Assembly: GCF_001194135.2 (NCBI RefSeq)
Contig: NC_068982.1
Coordinates: 98,780,410 to 98,844,409, forward strand
Direction: 5' to 3'
From: Octopus bimaculoides
Lineage: Eukaryota
Length of the DNA: 64,000 nt
The notes beneath the pieces are model-generated. The model ran no database searches and was not told where the DNA came from. It worked only from the letters and a program-made list of their open reading frames with translations. This document shows, in pieces, positions 38,452 to 51,330 of the stretch (positions within the stretch are counted from its first letter, which is position 1; every line of letters starts with the position of its first letter). Both the position numbers and the translations under genes were made by a program.

Positions 38452-41431
38452 GCAAGTACAACAACTCATACAGCAATGCTGATAGCATAAGTTTGGATAT
38501 AGTAAATGAAGGGAACAGATCAGATCATCACTCTACTATAATTGCAACAAATAATCCTAACAGACCAATAAGAACAAGAATAATGCCTGCCAATTAGAAT
38601 GATAGTATATTCTAAAGAGAAACAGTGACTATTTTTTGTTATATTTTGTATTGTTAATTATGATAGTATCGTATTACTTGCAAAATGATTAACTTTTTAT
38701 TTTTCTCCCTTTTTTTGGTTGTGCAGATAATGTGGTATTGGATATTCTACATTTATTCCATAATAATGCAGCATACGAATACTGCATTGAGATCAAAAAA
38801 CTATTCTATTAGTCTATACTAGAATAGCCTGCCATTTATTATAAAGAGAGAATAAAATGACTTAATGAGTCAACAATTATTGGAGCAAGAAATAGGTCTA
38901 TGGATGGATACTGATGCCTTGAAATCAAAGTACCACAGAGGTATATTTGATCAGTGATTTTCAATGGTTTACTTTATCAGTCAGACATTGTAACTATTAC
39001 AATTAGTAACTATTTAACTGTAGTTTGTATTAACATCAGTTTTACATAGTACATTTACTAAATACTCATTGAGTCTAAATTAGCCACAGCCTTAAAGAGA
39101 ACATTTAGTAACTACTTACTGTAGTTTAAATTAACAACAGTTTTACATAGTACATTTAGTAACTACATCAATGTAGTATTTTTAGTATACTGTTGTCAAC
39201 TGGACTTCATCTACCCTATCCTTGAGTCTCCTTCAACTACCACAGGTTCTTTTTACTTCCTCCTCACTCCTACTTTTTCTCTACCTTTCAACCATTCTGC
39301 CCTCTCTTTCATCAATATTTAGCAATAACATACATCTGTTTAATTTTCAACATTCTCTCTCTCTCTACTGTCTTTGATAATTTGCTATTATCCATAGTCT
39401 TGCAAATGGAAACAACACAGAGTTACTTCAGGAAAATTAAGACAAGTAAATCTCAAGTGAAAACAACTTGTGTAGGAACCCTAGTCACTCTGAATTGCAA
39501 AATACTAGTACAGGACAGAGAGGGATCGGTGTCCACTAAGACAACTTCTCTACTGCCACTGTCATGATAAAACACTATAGTCTCCTTTCTGTAAATAATT
39601 AAATATCTTCATGATCTGCAGATAATTATCATCACTATGGTCTCCAGTCTGCAGATAACTAAATATCTTCATATACTACTTCCTACTTCACCTTTGTCAT
39701 GTCATGTTTTTGTGTTAGAAAATAAAGGTAGGACTGATTTTACAGCAGTAACCTGCCAGCAGATATGATAGGAACTAATCCCCTAAGTAATACTTCAGGA
39801 GACTGCCCTATTTGTTGGTAGACCCTCAAGAATCTACAAACTTCCAGTCAGAATACTAACAAGGATCAAAATAGTAGAGTAGCAGTAGCTCAGAAGTCAT
39901 AGTTCCCACTCCATACATACAAACTAAACTCAGAGTTTGGGCAAAGATCATAAACACTGCCCTTTTACCATTATCAAAACCAAAAAAGAAACAAATTTAA
40001 AATCCAGCCACACATGAAAATCAATTACCTATTACTTATTAGGCTGTGAATTACCTCACCATTTACACAATAGGTCTTTTAACAAAACACTTTTATATAC
40101 AATATTTCTGACCATTACACTTCCTTTATATCCATTACTGTCCCCATATAGTCATAACAATCATGATTTAAACTCCAAGTAAACAAGAGAACTAATACAA
40201 CTTTTAATTAATTAGGTGCAATAGTGGAACTTAAAAACAAGTCTTATAACAACATGTCACCTAAGAACAAGTCTATTTTGTTGAGATAGCTTCTTTAAAG
40301 AAGATGTCAAATGAAAGCTATTTGTGTGAGTGATAAAACCCTCCTCACTGATAATTATTTTCACTTGAACTTTGTTCTTCTGAACATGCTAGCGGTGTTC
40401 GAACCACTCGTGAATATACTCCAAAACTCTTATATTTCTGTCATTATCAATCTCCTCTTTTTTTTTTTTTTTTTTTAAAGTTCCATACCAAACCTTACCT
40501 TCAGTCTTTCATGCCAAGCAAATCTCTTTGTAGAAATTTCTTTTTTTCCACTTTGTATTCCAGCTTGTAAAGCTTTGCACAAACTACACCAACATCACTC
40601 ATGCCTTCTCACCTCTTCATGTTCCTACTGCCCTCCAAAATGAACTAAGAGAAATACTCCACCGCTGCAACCTTGCAAATAGCAATAAAATCAGATAAAA
40701 CAGAGAATGTGCTATACTCTCACCCACTTGACACATTAATCAATATAAGCATCCATATGATATAAGTAAAGGAGAAGGCTGATTTTGAATCTAAAATTAG
40801 AATTTCCATTGTTTGTAGTGAAATGAAATACAATGTCTTATTAATTAATTACATACACTCTGCTATTTACATTACCTACCTCTGGAATTCTGGCATGTAC
40901 TCAAGATACTGAAAATTGCAGATGGCTGAGACATTAAGGTACTAGAAGTCTAGACTAAGGACCATTTGTTCCTATTATAGTGTGGTACTGTGTTTCTATA
41001 AAAGATAATTGACTTAGCTTATCCTGAAAAAAAATACCATAAAGGTGATATGACTTACTTCCATAAGCAGTAGAAGCATAATATAATTAAAAAGTGTTTT
41101 GATACGTTGCGTTCGTATAAAACTCACTCACACACATGCATATTCATACATACACACAGATGCAAATTTTAAAAATAGTAAGTGGTTATAAGTAATTATG
41201 TTGATACAAATATATTATTAGTATTTTTTTTGAGTATCAGAGGAGTGAGAAGTACACAAAGGTAAGAAGAACATCTAGCCCTAAAAATATTTGCACTCAA
41301 TTCAATGAAGGGGCCTCTAGAGGCTGTTGAAATTGCAAGAAATAGCAGTCAAATTTCTTTCATATTACACTACTATTTTGAAAGCAGAGACACACTAGAT
41401 AATGTAGCCCTCAATATGCAATGCCTTAGAG

Positions 41432-41726
41432 CAGGGGTTTTCAAACTGTGGTTCCCGGACCACAGGGGGTCCGCAAGGACAAGACAAGGGGTCTATGGAC
41501 AGCAAATACTTTTTATGGGCAATTTGATTTTATAAATGTTTTTTAATTGAAATCTTTTAATTGACAATAAACCTATTTGTTAAATACTGTTAAATAAATA
41601 AATGTAAAAATATGTTATTTTAAACAAATATTCATGTGTAAATTTCATAAGCGTTTATAAGGAGGTCCCTAAGGTAAAGCCTGAAATATAAAGGGGTCCA
41701 CAAGTCAAAAAGTTTGAAAACCCCTG
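41432..41726. mobile_element. hAT-superfamily MITE with perfect 8-bp TSD
   Basis: TIRs caggggttttcaaact / agtttgaaaacccctg; TSD ccttagag at 41424-31 and 41727-34. Confidence 0.92.
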
Positions 41727-42525
41727 CCTTAGAGAAGAACAGAATGCTGAGAGCTGGAATGTCTTTGATCAGAAGTTTGTAGATAAGGGTTGACCTGGGT
41801 CTAAACAACAACAACAGTTACACAAACTGTAAATTTAAGGCCCAAATTTTCTGAAACTATCGCTGAGTCTATTAAGAAAAGAAAGTGAAAACATAGCGGT
41901 AAAAATCAAATAATCAATCATCTTCTCAAAACTATAATCACCAAAAACTTTAATTACTAATATTATACATCAAATCAAACATGGTTGTGTAATTAAGAAG
42001 CTTGCTTTGCAACCATGTGATTTGGGGTTCAGTGCCATCATGTGACAGTCTGAGCACTCTGTCTTTTAGTTAGCCCCAGGCTTTCAATACCGTATGAGAG
42101 AATTTGGTAGATGGAAACTGTGTGGAAGCCCATCATCTATATGCATATGTGTTGAGTGGCTAGGAAACTGGTGTTGGCTTGTCTACATGGTTGTAACTTG
42201 GCAGTTCAGCAAAAGAGACCAGAAGAATAAGAATCAGGCTTAAAAATAAGAAGTGGAGTTGATTTGTTAGGCTAAATACTTCAAGGTGGTACCCAAACAT
42301 GGCTGCAGTCCAGTGATTGAAACAAGTAAAAGATAAAAGACAATACAAAAAAAAAGACAAGACAGTCAACCAATATTACTGTCTCTCTGCAATTAAATTT
42401 GATAATATGAATAAAGTAAATGAGGTCAATAATATGACCCTCATCCACAACCAATCCTCCTCCTCCCCCACCACCAACTACCAAAAGTTGCATTCAAAAC
42501 ATATATTGTGCAAGAGACTACTCAC

Positions 42526-42602
42526 ATATTACTGTCTTCAATTATGTTGAAACTTTCACCAACTTTGTCTTCTACAGTGGACAATACAGGGTGATCAAAA
42601 TA
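42526..42602 (-). CDS. PDXDC1: PDXDC1 coding exon (most 5' exon traced; 77 nt, phase 0->2)
   Basis: Minus strand: ttgtttctatttcAG|TATTTTGAT...AGTAATAT|GTgagt. Encodes YFDHPVLSTVEDKVGESFNIIEDSN(I), which resembles human IADPTLAEMGKNLKEAVKMLEDSQR. The phase-2 end is compatible with the next exon. Confidence 0.7.
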
Positions 42603-44059
42603 CTGAAATAGAAACAATTTAGATAATCACTCGCTGCAGAAAACTGCCTTCTATTTTTAGTTATAAGAAATACAGTGACATGCAAACATATATAGCAAAC
42701 TATCGCTGTTTGTAGTTGAAAATATGATGATATAATTCACATGTAAAACATGCATACACAATGGTTCTCTTAAAATTAATACATACTTAACAAAATAGAA
42801 AGTAACACTGTTTTAAATTTCAAATTTATGCTGAAAATGAGAAGCAAAACAATTTATTAGAGACTAATAAATAACATCTATAACTGTAGGTTGAAATATG
42901 TCATGAACATATTTTAACTAACCTAAATTTTGCGTAGTCATAATTACTGCTTGGCACTGATACTTGATGCTGAATGTCTACGACCGTGTGGTCCAACAAT
43001 GAAACACAGTCAATGCTGTTGACTGTGCTTTAGTTAAAGCACATGGTTTTAAATCTGCTCGGAGTTACCTCTCTTCGGTATTTCCCATTGAAGAAGGCTA
43101 AAGAGCCAGAAACGCTACATCTGAGAATGATCATGTAACATCCTATGCCACCCCTTATTCATTTCTATGCAAATGACATCATCCTACATTCTTTCTCTTT
43201 ATTTTGCACTTATATTTCACTTTTATGAACTCGTAATGGCTCCTTCAAGACCTGCATGGTCAGAATTGACAAAGACTTAGTTACAAAAAATTACAACTGA
43301 AGTTCAACAGCTTAATCTCATTTAACAGCACCAAAGCAGACAGTACATATCCTAGGTAAATGTGCACAAAACACCTTCACTACTTGTGATCAACACCCAA
43401 CTAAAACCATCACCACAATTAACATTCATTTTAACTTTGATAACATCTCTTAGTAACAGGACAAACACACACACATAATCATTATCAGTTAATGTCTATT
43501 TTCCATGCTGACATGGGTCAGAAGGTTCAACAAGAGATCAAGTTGCAATATCTGTTTTGGCATGATTTCTACAGTTGGATGCTTTTCCTAACACCAACCA
43601 CTTTACAGAGTGTACACGTGTTAGGTAGAGTATCAAGTTATATGAGTGTACGAGGTATTAGGAAGCAGAAAGTAGAGTTACAGGTAGAGAGGACAGGAGT
43701 ACAAAGTTAGTGAGTTTATTGGAACAGAGGCAATTTTAAAGAGACAGAGATTATACTTGAGCAAAGGTTAAGTAATATTATGGCTATTAATCAGAGACCA
43801 TTTGAAAGTAGATAGGGGTAAAATCCCAAAGAAGTGCTTTATGGTATAACCAACAAATTCAGTTCCAAATTCAATATCAATGTGCTGCTAAACTTTGAGC
43901 TGGAGCCTTCTTCTGCCACATCAAGTTGATCAATGGTCTGTAAGTGAAATTTGGTTGGATTGATTGACTATCTAACTCACTCACATACATACATACATAC
44001 ATACATGCATACATACATACATACATATATGCATACATGAATGCCACACATGCATGCAT

Positions 44060-44100
<41 letters not shown>

Positions 44101-44129
44101 CTACTCCTTATGCAGAACCTGAGCACCTC

Positions 44130-45020
44130 TTGTACCCACACCTTAGATTCATAATGGCATCTGATGTGGCTTTTTAAACAAGGCAATGTATTGAAAAGAC
44201 ACACACATAGATTGCATATCTAATCTGGACCACCAAGAGCTGCAGTTAAGTTCTGATCTTTCAAGGCCTCCATCAGAATTGCAGACCTTATGGCATACAC
44301 AACATTGAAAGGTGTACACAGATATATAGGCAAAATAGTTGGTGGAGGTTCGTTTTTCATGGGCCTCAAATGAAATTTGAGCCCAGAAAAAAAAGCATGG
44401 TCTGTCACTGTGCACACAAAAAGGCCACTGAGATTCACCTTCTCAATCACAACATTCTTCTTTAAATCTCTCTTGAGTCTTGCATATGTTACCCTGGCCT
44501 CTTCAAATGTTTTCACTCCACTCCACACTTTTGTTCGCCATCCAACTTGATTTGAAGCAAAGGTTTCTATGACCTTTGAATCCATTCCAAGTGACTTCAT
44601 GGTAGTCTTTATGCCATCCTTAAACCTCTTTTTAGGTTTACACCAACTGCATTTCCCTTCTGCAAGCTCGCCCTAAAACAGCTGTTTGGGTGTATTCATC
44701 CACCATTCGAGCAATATGGCCAGACCATCTCATTTGATTCTTCAGAATCATTGACTTAATTGAAGTGATGCCTGCAGATGCAAAGAAATCTATGTCTGAA
44801 GTAAAAAAAGCTCCATTTAATGTTTAAAATGTGACAAAGACATTTCTGTGGAACCATTATAACACTTTGAAATGTCTTTCGTAACACATCCATGTTTCAG
44901 AAGAATACAACAGGGATGGTAAAACAAACGATTTGTAAAGAGCCAATTTTGTGTTGTTATTTATATGTCATTGGTGCCAAATGCATGACTCCAAACCACC
45001 AAATGCTTGTGCTCTCCTTT
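44130..45020 (-). mobile_element. RTE-clade LINE relic (BovB-like C-terminal part of RT ORF)
   Basis: AFGGLESCIWH..NTKLALYKSFVLPSLLYSSETW..ILNIKW..SAGITSIKSMILKNQMRWSGHIARM..PKQLF*GELAEGK..PKKRFKDGIK..GWRTKV. Confidence 0.8.
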
Positions 45021-45229
45021 TACATACATACACGCATACACATAGATGCTCATTTCAATGTGGGGTGACAACCATTACATTCAGACAAAAATGTCTGAGT
45101 TATCTCATTTACAAAATGTCGTCTTTGCATTTCATATCTTAGGAGACTAATGAAGTTGTCATCATGTATTGTACGCCTGCAATGCATTGATGACATTATA
45201 ATCAAAGTCTTCCTGATTGAGTATGAGTT

Positions 45230-45900
45230 CTGTAGTTGCTTTGCCACTCTTGTCCAACCAGCTCGTGATATTGTCCATACATTGCGTTCTTTGCCTGCTT
45301 CTTGATCTTCTCCCCTCTACTCTTCTTTCTATGATAATGTTTTCCAGAACTCTGCTTCTTCAGATATAGCTATAATAGATAAGCTTTTTCTTTTCTTTTT
45401 TTTTTTCACAATGTTCAGGGGTTGTCTTCCATCCACTTGTAATATCCATTCATTTGTCCAATGGTTCTTGTAAGAGACTTGTAACATTCTCCTATACACC
45501 CACATTTCAAATGACATTTCAAATGCAGTTATTATGCTCTCTTCAAATTTGTTCAGAGTCCATGCTTCACAACCATAAATGTCTATCAGTCGAATGAGCA
45601 CTCACACTGGCCTTGCTTTTAACTTAGTTGAGGCACTTATGTTGGTCCAGATGTTATTAAGCTTTTCCATAGCTGTTCTTGCCATGTCCTAATTTCTTTC
45701 TTACATTTGCTTTCATCAAAGATTTGGGTTGCAGGATATTTGTAGAATTTAACTTGTTTGATTCTCACACAGCCCAGTTCGATGTTAATGTTTACTTTCT
45801 CTTTTCCTACCACCATGACTTTTGTTTTGAAGTACCAGACATAAATACTGGAGTTGACATAGTTCCTTGAAAGTGGTGCCTCAGCATATTCACAGTTCAT
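45230..45900 (-). mobile_element. Second, distinct RTE-clade LINE relic
   Basis: KTKVMVVGKEKVNINIELG..IKQVKFYKY..KCKKEIR; IYGCEAWTLNK..AFEMWVYRRMLQVSYK..TNEWIL; RVEGRRSRSRQRTQCMDNI. Confidence 0.8.
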
Positions 45901-48820
45901 TGACAGGAACCAGTAAAAGAATAATGAAAGAGACATTAGACCAAATCTGCAAGACAAGAGAAAACTGATCAACAACTACTAAAATACTGACTACCCCAAA
46001 TCATAAATGTAATCAAAAGAGAGACCATTTCTATTAGATTCACACACATTTTTTTTCTCTTTTGGAAGGACATTAGGAATATGAACAGTTAATAAGATAG
46101 TAAAAAAAAAAAATAAAATAAAATATTAGAGAATAAAGAAATTCTAAAACAGCTGGCTGTCAGAATGAAAAAACTTGGTTAAGTCCAGTTTAGGAAAGAA
46201 AAAGAATCTTTGTTACATGTAGTAATTGTATAATACATATATACTGATCAAAATTATCAAACTAGTGCATAATGATTAGGTCAGACAAAACAAGTAGTTT
46301 TGACTTGGATTGTATCAAATAACTCCAGCTGTTGCCTCTAATACTTCAAGATACTTATACAGTATAACACTCAGCAATAGAATTAGTATCTAGTAGCTGA
46401 GATGTTCTTTCGAACACCAGATTTATTCATTATAATGAAAGTAAATATATTGTGGCACCAGAACATGAGGTGTTATTCCTCTCTACACTTAAGGCAATTT
46501 GTTTTCATTAGAGCCATGTTTCAGTGTATATTGCTTTTATTGTGGTTTGAGAAATTAAATTTTTTATACTTTCACAGTGTAGTTTTCAGGGTTGTCTTCA
46601 TTAAGTTACATGAGGAACTTATGCATCTACATATATATAGCTATGCTATGACATGGAAAAATTTACCAAATCTGAATTCTGTACGGAGAATACAGAGACT
46701 ACTAGATTTAATGCAGTAAACTCAATAATTATTTTTAATGAATTGAAATTGTGACTCTAATGAGACAAAACTCATCAATATTAATGAATATTTATTCTCA
46801 GAAAGGGCAGAGGAGTGAACTCCTGAATTTTTAATCAATCAAAAATTCATCAGCAATATGCAATTGTGGGGAAGTGAGTTTGATTTTTGGTAGTTCCAGT
46901 GACCACTCAAATCATATTTTGGTTCACTTTTTACCTCCTCAGCAAAATGCAACCCCTCAAGAGATATTCTGAAGTGAATTAATTTATTAGGCAAATTAAA
47001 TTAATTAAAAAGTATTTTTGCTTCACCACTTCAAGAATGGTAACCTGCATATAGTTGTCACTCTTGAGGAATTTTCCAAAGTCAATCATTTCATTTGCCT
47101 AACCAGTGAATGTTCTCACAAAACGCTATTTCTACTAGCTACATTAAGATCTTGGTAAGCTACACTTTGCTGAAGAGACCCAATAATGCTAAACATGTCC
47201 AAACGTGTTACTGTCTCTACTAGAAATCACTGCACACCTTTAACTCTTGACTGATAAAAATTTTGAGGGTTCTCTCCTCTACCCCTTCTCAAATTAAATT
47301 TTTATTATCACAAATTATTTATTTTTAATTTCTCATAGGGTTTATAGTTATTTTTGGTTTACTTCACCTTCCTTAAGTACAGTATCCTGCACTTACCTAG
47401 CTATGTTATTGTATGTTTTCATTCATAACCTAGTTATGATAGCTATCAAGCCATTCTTGTTTCATACAAAAGCATGACAAGAGGGGAAGATATTTTAAAT
47501 GAATATGGAGTTGTTTTCCTTTATGCAGCTGTGAAGTGATGAAGGGAGAAAATGAATTCTTTCATAACAAGAATTATATTACCAATTTAGATATTTTATA
47601 CAGTAAGTTAGCAACAAACAGTCTTAACTGCATCCAAATAAACCATTCCTCTGATTAACAAGAATAAACTCACATTACAAGCATAAGCTCATTAGCTGCA
47701 TACTCCTTTCACATACACCCATTCCACGCACCAGTCTGTCCTACATCCCTACAAATGTCTCATCACCCAAATTCTGCACTAAATACTTCTCCCACTCTTG
47801 CCCCTCCTCAAAGAGCAGTCAGCTTCTGTAACTTTCTCTCCACTTATAAATCTCAACAGTTAGGAGGGTCTGGACACTATCTCTCCTCCTCTGATAAAAA
47901 TATATATACAGAAACATGTAAAAAACTTCATATTACTCAAATATTTGCATACCTAGATCACAGCTTCATCAATCATAGCCAATGTCAGATCTTATTAACA
48001 TCAGCTTCAAAAACAAAACAACAACAAAAAAAAATCAACTACAAATGAATACATAAGCAGCCACTTGTGTGTCTCAAGAACACAACCTCTTTAATGCATC
48101 CATTTATAAACTTGCTGTTCTCAGTCCAAATATATCCAAAATATCATTCCTTCTTTAGTAACCCATCAGTGGAAATTAGTGAAATCCAAATACCTTAATG
48201 ACTTGCACTATAGTGTTATTCACCAGTAATTTCTTGCCGTTGAGAATCTGAAAACATTACATTGTTACTGTGAACATTTGTATAGTTTTACATAAAGTTT
48301 CACATCAAGAAATCTTGGCTTAAATCCCTACCTATTGATTATATGTTTGACCTAACAACTGGAAATTTTTGTTTTCTCACGAGGTGCTCCAATGCAGCAG
48401 TCATGTAGAGTATTTTCTGTCTGCAACACCACAAACTTATACATTCTCTAAGAAGCTGTCATCTCCCCTACCAATTGCATCAATAACCTCCTTTCTAATA
48501 CATCTTATCACATACTCTTGATAACACCACTTTATTTTAGTCTTTCATTTTGTAATCACAATATTTACAATCTTGGCTCCTGCCAATTAGTTTGCACACT
48601 TCCATCAGTAACAACAAATCAATGAGGGAACCTCGATGTGGATGCTTGATCTGCTAGAAATAGTAGTCAAATTCCCTGTAAATTATACCCTATCATCTTA
48701 AAGATGGAAAGACCACATTATATAATGCAGTACAAGGTATACAGCTCTGAATAAAAGACAGGGTGATCACAGCTGGAGACAAGCAACAATGACAGGCAGC
48801 AACACTCCAAAGTAACAAAT

Positions 48821-48822
<2 letters not shown>

Positions 48823-48860
<38 letters not shown>
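48823..48860. repeat. 38-nt poly(T) tract (poly(A) on the transcribed strand)
   Basis: Uninterrupted T run. Confidence 0.9.
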
Positions 48861-48862
<2 letters not shown>

Positions 48863-49794
48863 AGTATAGGAAATCAACACAGCAAATATTCAGAAATCAT
48901 TGCCAAAACATCTCCATTTCACAGCTGCTATTCATCCTGACATGATAATGACTAACATAATAATAAGAAACTTTTTTTTGTGTTTATCATAAAATTATCT
49001 CAGAGATCATAGTCATTCCCTAATAATCTCAGCTGATGATAAGGAAAATAAAAAGTTTTCTTTTTTTTTTTTTTTCAACCAGAAACTGAAGCTTCTATAA
49101 TACTAAATCATTTTTTAAATTCTGTTTTCACAAAGGCCTTGAAATATAAAATTTTCTTGACAAAGAACAAGTCAGTTTTGGAGTCTCCTCTCTACATCAG
49201 TTCTAAGAAAACTAAAACTAAAGGTCAAGGTTTTAATTCCTTTGTAAGTTGTTTTATTCTCTGTCAGAAATATAATATTAGTCAACAATAGTCAAGAGAA
49301 AATAAGGTCAGTACTACACAATAACTAGTATAACTATTATCTCAGGCAGAAATATAGCACTGACCTGCATCAGTAGATCAGCATTCAACAACATTGACAA
49401 TTACAAAAAAAGGAACAACACTTAACTAGACACAAGATAATATACAAAACATATACACATCACACAAAAAATAATATATGAAAAGAAATTCTAATTGAAA
49501 ATATACTTCTGTGGCAATTATATACTTCTGTGCAACAAAGAGGAAATAAGAGAGACTAGAGAACTGTACAAGCATTTAGTTGTGTTTAGTTACATTATCC
49601 CGATGATCATATCACTGAAGAAATGAATACAAGGATGGTCAGAATCTGTATTGTTGAACCCTTTATGGCAGCAACAAGCATATATGTTTTGAGACATGAC
49701 CTGGAAGGAGTGAGGAGTGGCAGCTGACCACCACTACATGCAGAGCATAAAGCATAAGTGAGTAAAGTCAAGGTAAATCAATTTATCTCCAAAA

Positions 49795-50204
49795 GCTGTG
49801 GTCTGTTTTAAGCAACTACGACCACTGTATGTATCCTTCATTATTTGTAGTCTGATTTAAGCAATTTCTATCATTGCATCCTTTATTAGCTGTAGTCTGG
49901 TTTAAGCAATTTCTACCATTGTATCCATTATGAGCTGTAGTCTGATTTAAGCAACTACGACCACTGTATGTATCCTTCATTATTTGTAGTCTGATTTAAG
50001 CAATTTCTATCATTGCATCCTTTATTAGCTGTAGTCTGATTTAAGCAATTTCTACCATTGTATCCTTCGTTAGCTGTAGTCTGATTTAAGCAATTTCTAC
50101 CATTGTATCCTTCGTCAGCTGTAGTCTGTTTTAAGCAATTTCTACCATTGTATCCTTTATTAGCTGTAGTCTGATTTAAGCAATTGCTATCATTATATCC
50201 TTCG
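49795..50204. repeat. 45/49-bp minisatellite, about 9 units
   Basis: Consensus gctgtagtctgatttaagcaatttctaccattgtatccttcgtta; variant order A,B,C,A,B,C,C,C,partial. Confidence 0.92.
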
Positions 50205-50889
50205 AATAGACAAAGCCATATAGCACTGTTATTCACTTCCTAATACTAACCTTCCAGAGGTTAGATATATTATCCTACATAGCACAACGCTTATCTATCT
50301 CTCTAACAGTGATCAGACACATAACTACTTAAACCATAATACTGTAGCACCTGGTTCATTGTTGAATGGCAACCAACATACAGTCAGCCTGACATTGGCT
50401 GACAATAAGAACAGCAGTATTCAGTGAAAAAAAAGAACAAAAGCAAAACATAAGCTTAAAAACACCATTAATGAGTCAGTAAATGGATAATGTAAAGTAT
50501 TAGCAGTCGAGATACACAAAAAAAAGATTGCTGTGTTGCAAATCTGTTGAGCCCATGTCGATGTGGGAAAAATGGACAAAAATCCAACAATGATGACATT
50601 TGATATATCCAATGCATTTTAAATGTATCAGATGCACTGGAGAAATCAACTGCAAGTGAAAGTACAAGAAGACTTCATAGTAAAAGGATAAACTAAAAAA
50701 ACATTCAGAAAGAAAATCAGGAACGTCTCTCTCTTTATCAGTCCATAAATCTTAAGTACACCTATGTTGAAACTAAAAGACTGACACGTAAAGCAACTTA
50801 ACAAATGACCATTTTAAATGCAATAAACTCAATTATTTACAAAAGCCTTCCTTTTTTGTGATTAAGCCATTGTTTGAATATAAGATTTA

Positions 50890-51330
50890 AGTGAATAAGT
50901 TTTTTACCACTAACTTAAGTGGATGTCCTTGTTGCTCTAGCGACATCACAAATAATTTGTAGGTAAACAAAGATCATTCTCAATGGGTGGTCATATTTTT
51001 CTACTTCTTATAATTCATTTGAAAAATCTTACTAGCATTTCTGTATTTGGAAATTGACTGGTTGTTTTCTGATATTTAAGCAGTGGCACTTTACTCTCGA
51101 ATGTTCCATTTTCACTAAGTTTGCTTCGAAGTCCTCAATGAAAAGGATAATTTTGAGTTACAAATGCTTCTAACTTCTTTGTTCTGTATTTCAGAAACAT
51201 TCAGGAAGTACCTGTAACCATTTCATGCAAATTGCTACTTCAGAGAATGCCTCTGTTTGGTCACTGTTTTAAAATATTCATTTCACTGAATCGATGTAAA
51301 TAATAGATTTGAGTTCTTTTTTTTTTTTTT
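50890..51330 (-). mobile_element. Possible highly degenerate hAT (Charlie/SPIN-like) transposase fragment
   Basis: Broken frames give VAICM(NG), CHCLNIRKQ and NDLCLPT..CR*S, loosely matching ICTDG, HCIIHQ and DLL..VRWLS in the expected order. Confidence 0.3.

Noticed and set aside
40340-40960. Exon-like segments with compatible phases (about 40348-40387 and 40875-40940) as the missing PDXDC1 exon
   Set aside because: Poor acceptors or no peptide similarity to PDXDC1. The 40500-40645 segment has good splice sites but contains stops and looks LINE-derived.
46402-46719. 105-aa plus-strand ORF
   Set aside because: No homology recognised; a length expected by chance; probably decayed transposon DNA.
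49795-50204. Possible CRISPR-like array
   Set aside because: The units are contiguous tandem repeats with no unique spacers, there are no cas genes, and the context is a eukaryotic intron.
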